A stretch of 64,000 nucleotides of DNA from the human T2T-CHM13v2.0 reference genome, Homo sapiens. The DNA lies in the NCBI RefSeq assembly GCF_009914755.1, contig NC_060930.1. One strand, written 5' to 3'. Within the stretch, counting starts at the first letter, position 1. Each line of letters starts with the position of its first letter. Shown here piece by piece: positions 29,506 to 44,749 of the stretch. The notes under the pieces were generated by a model. The model ran no database searches, was not told where the DNA came from, and worked only from the letters and a program-made list of their open reading frames with translations. Position numbers and translations under genes: made by a program.

Positions 29506-32500
29506 CTCTAGCAGAGAGGCTGGTCTAAATTGCTGCCAAGACCTGGTAGCTGTTGCTACAATGCACAGAGGAATACAAAGTCGGCATAAAAAGATGTAGA
29601 TTGTGTGTGTGGCGGAAATCCGCAGGTGAGCTGTCAACACCCTGGTCCAGAAAGTCTTGGCCTAATTCTTCACAAGACTGCACTATATTCCGCTGACTCC
29701 ATTTTCTGCTCAAGGTCTTCCATTGAATTGGACCTACGGATGAGACCTGCTTTTCCTTCGGGTTTTGCACTATTTCCTTGACAACTACACGATTGCCAAA
29801 AATATGGTCATGCAGCTCTTCCCGACCCTTGTCGTGCTTTGTCATTCTCCGGTTCAGGCAGGTGCACTGATTTGCTTTCGCTGAGGGCTGACGTGGAAGT
29901 TTCAGCTCATTTCAGTTCCTCTCAGCAAATTGGTAGTAACAGAAAGGCTGAGGGTTACCATGGAAATGGTCACAGCCTCACTCAAAACCACCAGAAATAC
30001 TGTAGTATTTGAAACAGTGTGGATTTCACCAACAGGCTTTGGAGAGAAGACACATTCTGAAAGCTCTTGACAGAGGCTTGGTCATGGTACAATGAGGAGA
30101 CAGTAATTTGTTTTCATTTCGGGAAGGAAGTGCGGCGTTCCTGAACAATGTGCCCACTTAAGATATTTTATTTTCTTGGAAAGAAAAATAAGTTACGAGG
30201 AAAATCTGTCTGTTTTCATCCATTGCAGCACATTATCTCTTTATTTCTTAACCAAGACAAGAAAAGAAATCACGGTAACAATCCAAAATAATTATGATCC
30301 CAAACGTATTTATATTTGGCTTTTTGGGATTTGTTTCTGTACGTACATTTTAATATGTGCCTGAAGTTCTGTCTGAAATTTCACTTCTCACCAAATAAAG
30401 AAGGCTCACCAGGAAGCCGGGGAAGAACAGGAGAAGCTGAGAAGCCGTCGGACTCCTCCATCCTGCCTCCTTCCAAAGGCTCCCAGCCCCAGGCCAGCGC
30501 CTCAGCAGGCATCTCCTTCCAGACCCAAACCAAGCACAAGTGCCTGACCCCACGCTCTGCTCTCGCAAATGTCCCAACTCTGCTTCAGAGGAGAAATGGA
30601 AGAATAAACAGACTGTGAGATGCAGACAAAGAACTAATGTAAACCAAGGCAACGCTGTGCATAGAAACGCAAAAGCAAGATTCGCTCCAGGAGTTTCATG
30701 CCACAGGATGGTCGACGGCTGGAAACAGGGGTTTTATTTTCCCACCACCACATCCCGATCGGAGCATCCCTGCGGGGCGTTTTAGTCCTCCGCACAGGCT
30801 TAAGGAGCGCCAGCACGTGTGTAATAAATGACATTCAATTTCAACTCCGCTGTTAAAATGGCACTGATGGCAACTGATGTAATTTCTTTCTCACTTATTT
30901 TTTTTTTTTGTATTTCATTTGTAAGTTTTACCACTTAAAAATGAGGCATTTGTAGATCATAGAATCTAGGAGTTAATACGAAGTTTGAAAGCCTTTTATG
31001 GGTAACATTTACTTAAATATTTTGCCCATTACTCATATTCCATTTTTTGTTCATGTATTAGATTATTTAATAGAAAGAGTTTATTCAATGTTTACCTCCC
31101 ATAGTTTACTTTAGAATATCTCTGGACCCTTACATCTGGTCATATGCTGCTTATTTTCTTTAAAAATGGTATTTCTAAATTATTTTGTGACTTTTAACAA
31201 AACTGAAATGAATAAATTGCATCAGTTTTTGCATATATGTGCACATCAATTCATATAGTTAGAGGATTATTTATTATATGTGTAGGACACATGTAGCATG
31301 AATTTGTGAGGTGCATTCATGACCTGGAGTGTGTAAACAGAATGTAATGATAAGGTTCTGGGTTTATATGCCCCAATAACTGGACTTTTTCACAAATTAG
31401 TAGCAGATTTGATTAGATGCCCACTGAATGCAGGCAGTTGCCAAATGGTTTTTGGGATGGTGGCTTTATTTGTGTTCCTCTATGATAACCCTCCTTTCTT
31501 TGGGAAACTGTGTACAATTGGGGGTGGGTGATCCACTGGACAGGCACGGGGTTGGGGGCGGTGCTGAGATGACCCTGCAAGTCCAGCGAGTCTCAAAGTG
31601 GGTAGATCCGATTTTAGGAGATGATGGTTTAATCTGCCTGAGGATGACATCTTCACGGGAGCCTCTGCACCAGCCTCAAGGAGTTTTCTTTTTCAAAGGT
31701 CCTTTCCTTCACATGTTATTTATCTGTTAAGGGGACAGCAGGGAGGAGAAGTCTCTGAGCCCTGCATTGGACCTATTGCCTGAAGTATTGTCAGTCCCCA
31801 ATCCTCTGGTGCCATAGAGAGGAAAGAGTAAGATAATGAAACTTTGAGGTTCGAACTTTGCATTTTGTAGTAAAAAATAGGTTTCTTAATATATGTGATT
31901 GTAATGGCATACAAGGCTTTTAAATTCATGTGCATATAAGATAAATTTTAAATATTCTTAGAGGGTTTTCATGAAATATCACCTTCACATATTTCATCAG
32001 TTCAGTACAAAATGCAAAAATGTCTATTGTATAAAACGGGAGATTTAATCATGACCACGTTAGGAATCTCCCCAGTTACCCCTGGGAACACAGCCCCCCA
32101 GAGTGGAGACATGCTTAGACTGCCATCTGTTTCAGCATCCCTGTTTCAATGCTCCTAGTGATGGATTCCTGTCCAAGACATAGAAGCAGGTAACAAATCT
32201 AGACTGATAATAAATGGAAGCTGCAACCATAAAACCCCAGTGCAGATACAAGAGACTCTCACTGCGTCTGGCAGTGCCTCATTACCTTGTCAGTGTCAGG
32301 ATGTGGCTCCAGATTTCCTGCTGCAATGAAATTATATTGGGGCTATCGCTGGAGCACACGGCTGGCCAGCCGCAGGAGGGTGGGGGCTTGAAGGGGGGCA
32401 CATGCTGCCAGATGTTCCGCTGGAGTCTGTCTCTTTTAAACTTGCTTCACCAAAAACTCTCCCCTACCGATTTCTAACATCCCTACTGCTTTAAGGAAAT

Positions 32501-35014
32501 GCACTTGGAAACTACTCTTAATTTGGCTGTGTTTGTTGCCAACAGTCTTTTGTCTTGTCTTCCTAACCTCTGCATAGGGGAGCTGATGAGCAGAAGGATC
32601 CTATTTCAGCCAAACATGTGTTTCACCGTATTGAAATGTGTGCTGCTTAATAGAGTAAACACCAATATATCTGAGGGCCAGGAGACTGAATTAACTGATT
32701 AGTATCAAAGAGTGCTGGGGCCGTAAACGGTAATTGGCCACTTTCTGAGAAAAGGTAGAACTCCTTTAAGACAAGGTCTTCCATTCTCATTAGCCCCTTA
32801 CAACTAGAAACTATCATTTAGCCTCACCAGGCCAAGAGAGTAAATGATTCTCCAATTTTGTATTCCTTTTCTTTGGATAGGAAAAATGGGTTGAGCTAAC
32901 TGCTTACAAATTGTAAAAAACAAGTAAGAAATGCTTATGACACATTTTGCCTATGTTTTATGTTTCTCTTTGACTTTTCAACAAGGTAAAAGTAGGATCC
33001 AATATCAGAAGGAGAAAGGTCACCTACAATTAAGTGAATGTTTAAAAAAATACAAAAAATGAGGGAAGCTAATAGTCTACATAGGTTTGAAATATATGAG
33101 AAATTAAAGCTGTTTTATTTAAGAAGCAAAGCTTGGATTAATCTTCCAGGTAATGATAAAGAAGAGGGACTCTTACTCAGAATTTTTTTTAAATATTAAG
33201 ATGTGTGAATCTGTACATTCTGCAGAGGTACCTGCAATCGTGAGTATTGAAACATACTAAATATGGGAGTAATAATCCATATAGGTCCTCCTTCATTTCA
33301 GTTTTCCATAGACCACATGAGTTCTGATAATCCTGAAAACGATTTGCTCTCTTCTCCAATGCTGAATGAAGACTACCTCATCCCTTCCTTCTTGCTTCTA
33401 ACAGCAGATCAGATCTCCAGGTTCGAAGTTCCTAGATGTGCTTTCTGATCCTGGTTATTCTTTGTCAGCCTTCAAAGCCAAAGCCTTACTGACGTGCAGA
33501 TCCAAGGAAAAGTTTCTTTCCTCATTGTGTGTTGCCTATGTTTATAACCACATACACACATAAACATGTAAACTCTGCATTTCCGAAAGCAATGATTTGT
33601 TATCCATATCTTATCTATACATTTCTGCTTTGACATTTTATTAAAAACATAAAAATGAGTACGGTAACCCAATTTGAATCCTTTAACTCAAAAAGTTTAT
33701 TTATGTATACATAAACTGATTAAACACTTTTTTTTTTTTTGCCTTAGGAGGTACATGAATATGTTTTAAAATCTCCATAAAATAGCACAAGGTGCTCTGT
33801 GTAAACTTACCCAGAACATACAAATAATTGTAAAATAACTGAAGGGCTAATAAAATAAACTCATGTATCTGCTGTAAATGTTATTTCTTCTTCTTTTTTC
33901 TTTTTTTAACCAGGAAATAAATTAACAGTAATGTGTGTTAAATCAAACATTCGCTTTTGAAGAGTTCTCAAAGTTTCTGCAAGATAAAAACCATTTCTGG
34001 TGACAGTGGTTTTAAAAAACAGTTAAATCTCTACGGATAATTTTAAGCATAGATTTTTTAAAGCACTAGTTCTAGGATTATGGAATCTTATTAACAAAGC
34101 AGAAGTAATTTTAATGTTTATAAAACTGGAAGCACTAATCTGTTGTATTATGAAGGGCATAGAAAACTATTTATGAGTTTATTTTCTTTTTCTGTCTCCT
34201 CTATTTTAAATTAAAATAGGAAATTTAAGATTAGGAAAAACTATTTAGTAAATATCAAAGTTTCAATTTTAAACCCACTTTAAAATTGAGAAATACTCAA
34301 AGAGCAATAGATATGTTAAATAATTGTACTAAAAATAATTTTCACAAGCCTCTAAGCCTCAGAGGGACTTTATTGTTATTTATACATGTTTTGTATTTTT
34401 ATATTTCTTTTTTCTCTTAGTAGCCTTCACACATTGTTTTAATAAAATCTTCATCTCATGCATTTTATTCTTCTAAACAGTAATAAAACAGCTTTCAGAT
34501 TTTATGGTTTTGTTAGGATTGAGATGAAATGCTATCAGATTAAGCATTTTCCTTGTGAAAAATGGAAAGTGTTAAGTAAGCAGCACTTTGGACAGGGTTT
34601 TAACAACAGCTTTAGGAACAGCCTGCAGCTTTATAATTTCTAGGAAAAGAACAGGATACATACACATAGCAACCAACTTTAATTACATTTTATACCCATT
34701 AATAGTCACGTGCTCTATTCATTATTTTAAAATTTAAGATAGGAAAAGCATTTCAAGGAACTGATTTTGAAAGCACACTATTACATCCTGCCAGCAGGGG
34801 TCACAAAAGCATACACAATGGCTGTGGAACCGTTCATTTCTTTTCAGAGAGCACCTTCCAGAACAGCCAAACGTTTATCCGCTCCTGAGGACAACATTAC
34901 AACCACATCTTCAAAATTGGGAAACATGAAGTTTGAACTCACTGAAAAGTCAGCTAGATTACTGAAAAATAAAAAAGAATATAGATTTGAATAAATGCTT
35001 GTTTTAGGTCTTTA

Positions 35015-35315
35015 AAAAATGACTTGGATCAGTTACAAAGGCCACATATATTGTATGTTCCCATTTATACAAAATGTCCTGAAGAGGCAAGTCGATGGGG
35101 ATGGGGGTAGTGGGTGCCCAGGGCTGGGGGCTAGGTGGAAAGGAGGTTTGAATGGAGGTGATGGCTGAGGGGCTTAGGGCTTCTTTTGGGTAATAAATAT
35201 TCTGAAATTGATTGTGGTGATGGATGCACGACTCTGTCAATATACTAAAAGTCACTGAATTGAACGCTTTAAGTGAATTGCGTATTATAAAAACGACATC
35301 TCACTAGAACTGTTT
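35015..35315 (+). mobile_element. L1MB-type 3' UTR fragment
   Basis: AAAGGCCACATATATTGTATG...TGTGGTGATGGATGCACGACTCTG...ACTGAATTG; homologous to 17090-17340. Confidence 0.75.
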
Positions 35316-35559
35316 CAACAATGGCTTCACACATACGGCACTTTAGAAATCTGTATGTGGAAATCTCCAGGTTTATCTGCCTATGAGTGTTGATGGGTTT
35401 GGGGATCATAAATTACAATATGTCTTAATGATTTACGTTTTTGTCAATGACTTCACTTCAAATAAAGATAGATTAATTTACCCCAAACAGTTTATTGGGA
35501 GCTCTGGAAGGGACAGCAGTCAACCAGGAGAAGATCCTTGGAAAAGGACGGGCCTCAGA

Positions 35560-35705
35560 AGGTGTGGAGCTCCAGGCTCCGAGCCCGACTCCGCCAGGGG
35601 CCTGCAAGCTGCCGCTGGGCAGGTGCTTAACCTTTCTCCATTCATTTTTCCTGTTTGTAAAATGCGGGGCTGAGCTTTCTCCCTAAGGTGCTGTTTTAGA
35701 TCTAC
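35560..35705 (+). mobile_element. MIR fragment
   Basis: TGGGCAGGTGCTTAACCTTTCT...TTTCCTGTTTGTAAAATG. Confidence 0.55.
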
Positions 35706-37666
35706 AAATTCCATTGACTCTTCTCAGGCTGTTTGCTTATTTGTGACTTACTGGAAACCTAGGAGCCTTCCAGTTCATTTCCAGCAAGCTCTGTACATTT
35801 ACATGTTATCTGAGTGAGGATGGAGAAACAATTTTCTTGTCTAACTTTTGCTAAGCTTGCTTTGGAAGCAGATGTTTGAACCTTTTGCTAAATTACTTGA
35901 ATTTGGAAGTCTGAATAAAACATTACTTACATTTTAAGGTTTTAATAAAATTAGTTTTTTATTAAAAAGACCTAATTAAACTTATAAGATTTTCCCAAAT
36001 TGGAACTTTATATGTAATAAATGATCTAGCAAGCAGTCAGATTCATATATATTTAATAAATACATAGCTTAACTGTGCCCCTTTACTTTTTAAACCAGCA
36101 TTTTTAAATTTAGAAAAGTAGTGATATGTATTTTTCAGACATAGGAACATTTTTAGAGAAACGTGTTTTGAATTAGAGAGAGAAAAATTCCAAATTGATT
36201 AACTTTCTACTCTTTTACCTCTCCCTTTATGAAGAAAGATTTTTTTGTGGTTCACATTTGAATTCTCTCATTTCGCTGGATCTTTATACAGCCAAAAATT
36301 GTAACATACTAAGACATTTGTTTTCTTTTCCTCTTCAAGATAAATACTTTAAAGACATCAAAACAAAAAGTCATCTGTCTGGTTCTCCCAAATCTTGTAC
36401 AATCCCACAATACTCTCTAGCCCTCACAGCATGCTGGTAGGTGAAATTTGTCTTGACGTTTTTTACTTTGCTAGTTTTAACTCAGCTCCGTGAAGCATTG
36501 ATCTTTTCTTTTCGCTGTCTTATTGCTTACTATGGGTATCCAAAAATGCGAAAAGAGGGTTGAAAACCCCCGAAAGTGTCACAGTAGAAAACGTGCAAGA
36601 GCATTGGGGAAACAGTCTTCCTTGCTCACGTGTTTGCATGTGTGTTGGTTTGCTTTTCTTTAATTCATAGAGTCTGACTGCAGCGGTCATGTCTGCCCAT
36701 CTCTCTTGAGGCTTATTTCTCTAATGTTAAACATTTCAGCTCCTTGAATGTGTGGGGCATCCTCTATTTGTAGGTAGAATCCTGGAACTGGGGAAGTAAT
36801 TTGAGGCTATCTGGTCATCTTCCCACCTAATAAGACAAGTGCTTTTATCATGCTGATTCTGCATGGAGGACATGGTCTCATTTTCCCAGGAACTAAAGGC
36901 TGCTATACTGCTTTTGAGTGGCGAACTCGTTTCATGTTGTCACAGCTTGATGTCTCTTACAACACAGGGTTGCCTCTCTAGTTGTCCAGGGCCACCCATC
37001 CGGAGCTCAGGCCATTTAACTCCCTTAACAAGTGGTTCACATCTCAAGAGCCAGGGTGTGTTGGCTTAGGCTGGAAGGGAAGGTCACCACCCAGCACTCG
37101 TTCCCTGTCCAGGCTACAAACTGCTCATCTGTCTCATCTAGAGACCAAGCACCCATATTTGTGGGCTCATGGAGAGCAGTGTCTCTGGAGACGGGAAGTC
37201 CGGTGTCATAGATCAGGAGGCATCATCTCCAGAGCTATACAGTGAAGGCATTTTAGTACAAAGAACAGGGCCACAGGAGGCTGCTTCCTTTAATAATAAG
37301 GCCAGCAGGATGGCATGTTAAACATATCCTGTTACTTTAGGGTTCCAAGCATATCTGCGTTAGGCACTTGCTGCCTGGGATTCCAGGATACCTTTGTCAG
37401 GAACAAGTAATCAAAATTCACTCTTTGAGCAGTGAAAAGCTTATGATGCTCTATGGGTTAAGAATTGAGAATATGCTTAGATTTGAGTTCTAACCTCTGA
37501 TTCCTAATCGTTCATACAGGAAAGAGACTTGGAATTCTGTCATCATGATGAAGAGGTGGCAAAATAGAAACTTGAAGTTGTGTCTGATTCGTTGGATAGG
37601 CGTTTGTATAAAGCTCATCTTTGATATGAAGTAGGCTGAGTGGCAATTGCTGGTTGCATCCTTTTG

Positions 37667-38023
<357 letters not shown>

Positions 38024-39224
38024 TGAGTGGAGCCTAAACCATGGAAGGAATGAGTTGATGAGTGAATGAGTGAATGAAAGAAAATGTAGACCGTACACAG
38101 GCAGATCAATGTGTGCAGACACACGTACACACATACACATTCTACCTCCCGTCACGCCCGGGTGGTGAGAGTTAGGGGAACATGCTTGTCTTGAGCCTGA
38201 AGTAGACAAAGAAGCTCCATCCGTGGAGCCTAATTGAAAAGGGGATTTAGGAAAAACGAAGTCACTGAGGCACTGGGGCAAGTCAGCTGACCTCTTTAGG
38301 CATCAGCCTGAGGTGTCCTCGTTGGCAGAAACAGAATCTATGCTCAGAGACAGCAAAAAGAATAGACACACTGACATTTTGCAGCCAGGATTAGGGGAAC
38401 CATTCAGAAGCAGAAATAGTTTAACTATGAATAAGTTCATGAAATAGAACTACAGAAATAATTTTTTCTCACAGGATGTTATGCAGTATGTTTATGTTAC
38501 AAATTGTAAAACAATTGTGATTTTCAACACTGTCTAATCTTTCATAAGATTCCTCTCACAGTGGCATTCAGCCAGGGCGGTATTATCTGTTTTCTATTTT
38601 ATTTTTCAATTCTTTGTGCCACAACTTGCCCTAATGTAACTTGGAAGTTGACATACATACAATACCTGTAGGTGTGATTTTTTTTTTAAGGAAGAAAATT
38701 GAATTTTTTGGAGCTGCCAGGTGTCTGGTTTCGAACCAGCCGGTCTTGTATTTAGCTTTTATACTATAAAACAACTTGAGACAATTGTGCATATACTGAT
38801 GCCAAATATGTTCTAATTCAGCACTCTTCACCACTGCATATGACCTGGATAAATCTCTCATACCCTAGGTCCAGTCGACGTCCTCAGGTAACACCCCGGG
38901 TACCAAAACTGAGCTCTCCTGGGTCACACTGGGTGTAACCTGAATTCAAATTCTCACCACCTTCCCCACCAGGAAACAGGAAGCCCTGAGAAAGAGAAAT
39001 ATATTCTCTTTCTAAAATTGTGATTCACTAGAGAACATTTTCATTTTTGTAGTATATGGCAAGAGTGTTTTTTGGTAAAGAGTGAATGATAGCTTAATTT
39101 TTTTTAAAAGTTTCCATAAATCAAGTCTTTTTTCTTTTGCCAGAAATTTAAAGTGTTTTCTTTAATTTAAAAACATATTAATGCTCTTTTTAGTATTTTC
39201 TTGTAAATGTGAAATGTCTGCCAG

Positions 39225-39535
39225 TGCCTAGTTAAATTAAATATGCATGTACTCATTTACACAGCAGTTCTGCTCCTGGGCTCCTATACCAAAGAAATCA
39301 CACCTACCTCCATCAGAAACAGGTGTGAGGCTTTTTTTCTGGTGACATTGTTTGAGGAGGTAGGGAGTGGGGACTCAGACATCCGTTCCTGGGTGAGGGG
39401 ACGGGTAACATGCAGGGAGCGCATGGGCAGTTAGAGGTAATCCGCAAGCTGCAGGCATTGCAGTGTGGACAGCAGGAAGGCACGGTGCTGAGTTTGAAAG
39501 GCAGAACAGTACCATTTACATAAACTAAAAATACA
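39225..39535 (+). mobile_element. Ancient L1M 3' fragment
   Basis: CAGCAGTTCTGCTCCTGGG...TATACCAAAGAAA...ACATTGTTTG; heavily diverged. Confidence 0.45.
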
Positions 39536-39542
39536 TCAGCAT

Positions 39543-39856
39543 GGTTGGGTGCGGTGGCTCACGCCTGTAATCCCAGCACTTTGGAAGGCCGAGGTGGGTG
39601 GATCATGAGGTCAGGAGATCGAGACCAGCCTGGCCAACATGGTGAAACCCCATCTATACTAAAAATACAAAGAATAGCTGGGTGTGGTGGTACTCCTGTA
39701 ATCCCAGCTGCTCGGGAGGTTGAGGCAGGAGAATCGCTTGAAACTGGGAGGTGGAGATTGCAGTAAGCAGAGATTGCAGTGAGCTGAAATTGCACTACTG
39801 CACTCCAGCCTGGCGATAGAGCAAGACTCTATCTAAAAAAAAAAAGAAAAAAAAAA
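39543..39856 (+). mobile_element. AluS (Sc/Sg-like) with a short internal duplication
   Basis: Full Alu; GAGATTGCAGT(A/G)AGC occurs twice at ~39754-39784. Confidence 0.93.
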
Positions 39857-40275
39857 CAGTATGAGGACGGATCTATTTTAAACCCATTAGAAAAGTCGGC
39901 TATAGGGAATGGGATGACAGATGGACACAGAAGGCAATCACGTGTCCATACATCCATGAAGTGAGAGACAAGCCTTACGCGGACCAGTATCATCATATGC
40001 TGTTACAGGAGGGTACGTAACTTTTGGAACGTTAGGCTGAAAAAGTTCAAATACACATGAAGGTATAAGCATATAAAGATAAATGTGAACATGTTTTGCA
40101 TACTGGCCTAATTCCAATTTCTAGAGGAAGCAACCATTAGCAGTTTGAAACCATTTGTTGTATATTGTTCCAGACTCATTTCCGTGCACATAGAAAGTCT
40201 AATTTTGTCTTTACAGAAATGACATCATGCTATGTCTATCGCCCTGCACTTTGCCTTTTCCACTTACAATTTCAT

Positions 40276-40453
40276 ATCTATCCACCTATCTATCCATTAT
40301 CTATCTATCCATCTGTCATCTACCCATTCATCTTCCATCATCTGTGCACCTGTGTATCTACATATCCATCACCTGACCATTCATCTTCTATCCATTTATC
40401 TATCATCTATCCATCCATCTTCTATATATTATCTATGTATCTATCCATCCATC

Positions 40454-40504
<51 letters not shown>
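40276..40504 (+). repeat. (TCTA/TCCA)n compound STR ending in 11 perfect ATCT units
   Basis: Pure run at 40461-40504. Confidence 0.95.
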
Positions 40505-40554
40505 GACACCTATCTCTTATTGTTGTCCTTCCATTCCTGTAGATATGGACCAAC

Positions 40555-40672
40555 TTCTTCCGTCCTTCTTTTTCTTCTACTTCTCTCTTTCTTTCTTCTT
40601 TCTTTCTTTCTCTTTCTTTCTTTCTTTTTCTCTCTCTTTCTCTCTCTCACTCTCTCTTTCTTTCTTTCCTCT
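40555..40672 (+). repeat. (TTTC)n/CT-rich simple repeat
   Basis: Visible directly. Confidence 0.9.
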
Positions 40673-42452
40673 CGACCCTGTTTATTGATAATTCAACAGA
40701 ACCAGTTTGAAATATGGAGAAATTAGGTCAACTCTACACTTTCACATGGCTTATTTTCAGCTTCCAATCTTAGCTAGTGACATGACTCTTTCTTCCAAGT
40801 CGAGGTCTTGCAGCACTTGCCTTCACTCCCGTAGCTGTAGTTAGACAGCACCTTAGGCTTGGGTCGACCCTCGGTGAACTCTATGCCGTGTCCCGCCGCG
40901 CCACAGCACAGCTTTCTCCTCATTGTCTTCTGGCTCTGACTGTAGACATGGAAAAAGCAGAGTCAACCTGAATCTTCTCCCTTGCACGAGGCCAACTGCT
41001 GCCTGAATCATCATAGGATTCTTTACTTTCTCTTGAAGATAAACAACTTCACCAGAAAATGTCCAAGTGTTGTTCAGCAATTGAGAGTTTCTTTTGCTAT
41101 GTTTGTTTTCATCACTTTTACTTCATACCTTTTTTTTTTCATTTAATTTTGTGCCGTTTTTCTCAAGGCTGACACATCACAAACTCTGTTTTCAACAGTC
41201 CGTATTCCACATTCATTGCTTCTAACATGGAGCTAACTTCTGCAATGATGTGGCCACCACTGGAACAGGAAGCTTGCTGTCAGAATCTGGAGAAATTCAT
41301 GGGAAGTTTAATGTTGCCAGTGAGAGAAACACTCTGTGAGCTGTTCTTAGGGTCTGCTGGTGAGATGGCTCAGGAAGGGTAAACACTGGAGGCATGAGAA
41401 TACCATCGAAGGGGCCGACTGCAGTGCCGGGCATTGTGTAGGCCACAGCCACCAGTGCCTCCATGTTTCTGACCAAATGCTTCAGTGCCCTTTAGTGAGT
41501 GTGTCGCAGACAAGGCATTTTTGTATGAGATCCAGGGTTCATACCATCATGATTCTTAGCCTTCATATTCATCACACACTGGAAGGGACGCTGCGTGCCA
41601 GGCGTTCCGGCCGGCCATCTGCGGGGGAAGGAGGAGCATGGCCTGGAGATGCGGAGCTTCTGGGCAGCATGGTGCTGAAGCGCTGCTAGCTAAGAATTAC
41701 TAAACAACTCAGGTTCAGCCAACTCTAATTTGTGTTTTATTTTCACTAAACTTTTTGCTTACTTTAGTGTAGGCATCCTTGGGGACCCAGCGAGACGGTT
41801 GGTTAGGGGCGCTCACCATGATGCCAGGACAGATGAGAGGAGTCCTAGGAGTACTGGGGCCTGGTCAGTCTCCTGAGGCTGAGACTGTTCGTCCACTCCA
41901 CAGCCGGCCTTCCTCCTTCTCTGTTAACAGAAGTGAACCGTCACAGGGAAGGCAGCATGCCTGGCACCAAGGCATAAGCTATGATTGCTCTATCCTGGCA
42001 ACTTGGTTTCTCTTTGCCAGCCATGGCTGGGCATTGACCCAGTCCTGCCACTGAGCTCTAGGAGAAGTTGGCTTGGAGAAGGATTTTCCTCGGCGACCCA
42101 TAGCTGCATGAGAAGCCCTTTGACTCCTCCTGTCTGCCCACGCTGAGTGCTCCATGACACGCTCGGCTCTGTGCCGCATTCATCTACCCACTGCATTTTC
42201 CCCTGATTAGCTTCCCTCATGGCGTCAAGATGGCCACCAGTCACAACTGGGCAACAAGTTTCCTTGCTCATATTAAGAAAAAGTATTGCTTTCTCTTTCC
42301 CCGAAGGACCCCCTCAAAACTTTCCCATGCATTCATTGGTCCAGGTGGAAATATAGGAAGAATATTACCAAAACTGAGTTAGATTATATAGGGGAGAAAG
42401 GATGTTCAAAAGTCAAACACATTATCAGTTCAACACAAAACTGCCTAAGATT

Positions 42453-42835
<383 letters not shown>

Positions 42836-44749
42836 CTAGAGAGCAAGAGATGGGAATTCCTTGCTGACCTGTTTGCTTTTAGGAGAGTGTAAGCCTCAGA
42901 ATGAGAGTTTTCTAGAAGAAACATTGACAAAATCAGTCAGTCTTCTCCGTGGATTTTGGAGATATAAAATATTTCTTTACATGTTTGGAAGTTATGCATT
43001 TTATGTCTTTTTATTTTTAGTGGTCGCTTGTACAAACAGTCTTCAATGTATATTTTTCCAGCAAAGGAAAGGAAACAATTTTAGATTTTGTTAGAAAAAT
43101 ATCTATTGATGATTTTAAGTTAAAAATATGCTGGTAACCACTACACAGAGCCACTGAGTGCCCTGCAAAGCCACATTCTTGAGGCTCTCTTGTGCCACCC
43201 AATGATCCAGCAGCCAAAGGGATAACGGCCATCACTGCAGGGGCCCTTCCCAGTGCTAAGATGCTGTCCTTTCTGTTGGTCCACACTTGAGTTATGCCAA
43301 GTTTAATATATTTGAATTATCACTCCCACACCTTGGTGCATTTTTGTTGTTTCTGCTGCTAATGAAGATGGTGGTTATCTTAAAATGTTGTTGTTGTTGT
43401 ACAGAAATATAGTTGATTTTTTTGTGTAGCAATCTCAGAGCCAGGAATCTGGCTAGTATTCACTTATGTTCTTTTGGCTTTTCCATGAAACTAATGTATC
43501 ATCTACGTATGATGACAGTTTTGTTTCCTCCACTCCCATTGTAAATAGTGTGATAAAATGTATGATTGCTAACAAATATTGATTCCTCCCCACCCAGTGG
43601 AACATGAGTGGGCTGGCATTGGCCATGTCCAAGGAGGTGTTATCTCCACTTGCATTGCTGGGCTGAGCTTCTCGAGATCATCAGAGAACCACAGGTCCCC
43701 ACTGGTGCTACCTCCTTCAGCCTGTGTCCCAGAACCAGGAGACACATGGAGTAGAAACCCTAGGCCCAACTTTCAGCCTGCATCAAACCCAGATGTGCTC
43801 AGCTCTACAGATTGGCTTAAAGATTTTTATACTCAACCTGGGATGTTTCTTGTTGAGAGTGGGTAAGGGGGATGTCAACATGTGGTCTCTCTGCCCTTTT
43901 GGTGCCCAGAACCAGATTCATAATCGACCTACAGCCACAGACAAGGGTTGAGCATAACTAGGGCTTAGAAATAACAGACCTGAATTGATATATGATGGTT
44001 TTAGACTCGTTCATGCATAAAATAAAACTTAGAGATAAAGGAAATGTATGGATGAAAGTGTGACAAGTGAGAGAGAGTGAGCAGCTGCCTCTCAAGTCTG
44101 GCACTGCTGCTAAGCCCGGAACAGAACCAGAGTAAGAATGAGAGAAAACAAGGCAAAGAGAATTGCGTTCTAGGTGAAAGGGAAAAGCATTCAGCAGCCT
44201 AAGAATAGATGTATCTGCCCCATCAGAGCATGAAGCATGTCAGAGAAACGGAATAACTATCAGCGAAACCATCCAAGCTCTTGCCAAAAAGCCAGATGTT
44301 CTTTATGGAAATATTTACCTACCATAATTGGGCCTTTTGGATACATTAATGCTATTTGTATGGAAGAAATAATATCTAAATGTAGTGAATAAATGTCACA
44401 CCACACCCTTCTTTGCAGAAATACTTTTGTGATTTAGGAACGGGGCTTTAAAAGGACATTCATAAGCATCTCTCAATTTTTAAAAGCACAGATGTATCTT
44501 ATTATGGTTTTCAAACTTAAGCTTTGATTTGGCCATTGCTTGAGAGCTGGGAATTTTCATAAGAAAATTAGTGACTAATACCAAAAAATCTTCTTCAGCT
44601 CTACAGAATGAAGTTATAAAGGAGTCAGAGTGGACATACATATTCAATGTTGTGCTTTCAAGTCAAAAGGACAAATTTACTGAAAACTTTAGTTTGACAG
44701 GACATACGTAGACTCTGAGAGCTCGATGTGGTGGTCAGATGATTATTGA

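Noticed and set aside
38864-38947. Cluster of restriction palindromes (CCTAGG, GTCGAC, GACGTC, CCCGGG, GGTACC, GAGCTC, GAATTC) resembling a cloning polylinker
   Set aside because: Spacing and intervening bases do not match a pUC-type polylinker beyond CCCCGGGTACC, and no vector sequence flanks it. Likely coincidence; VecScreen would settle it.
40165-40726. 113-aa and 164-aa ORFs
   Set aside because: They derive from (TCTA)n and (TTTC)n repeats.
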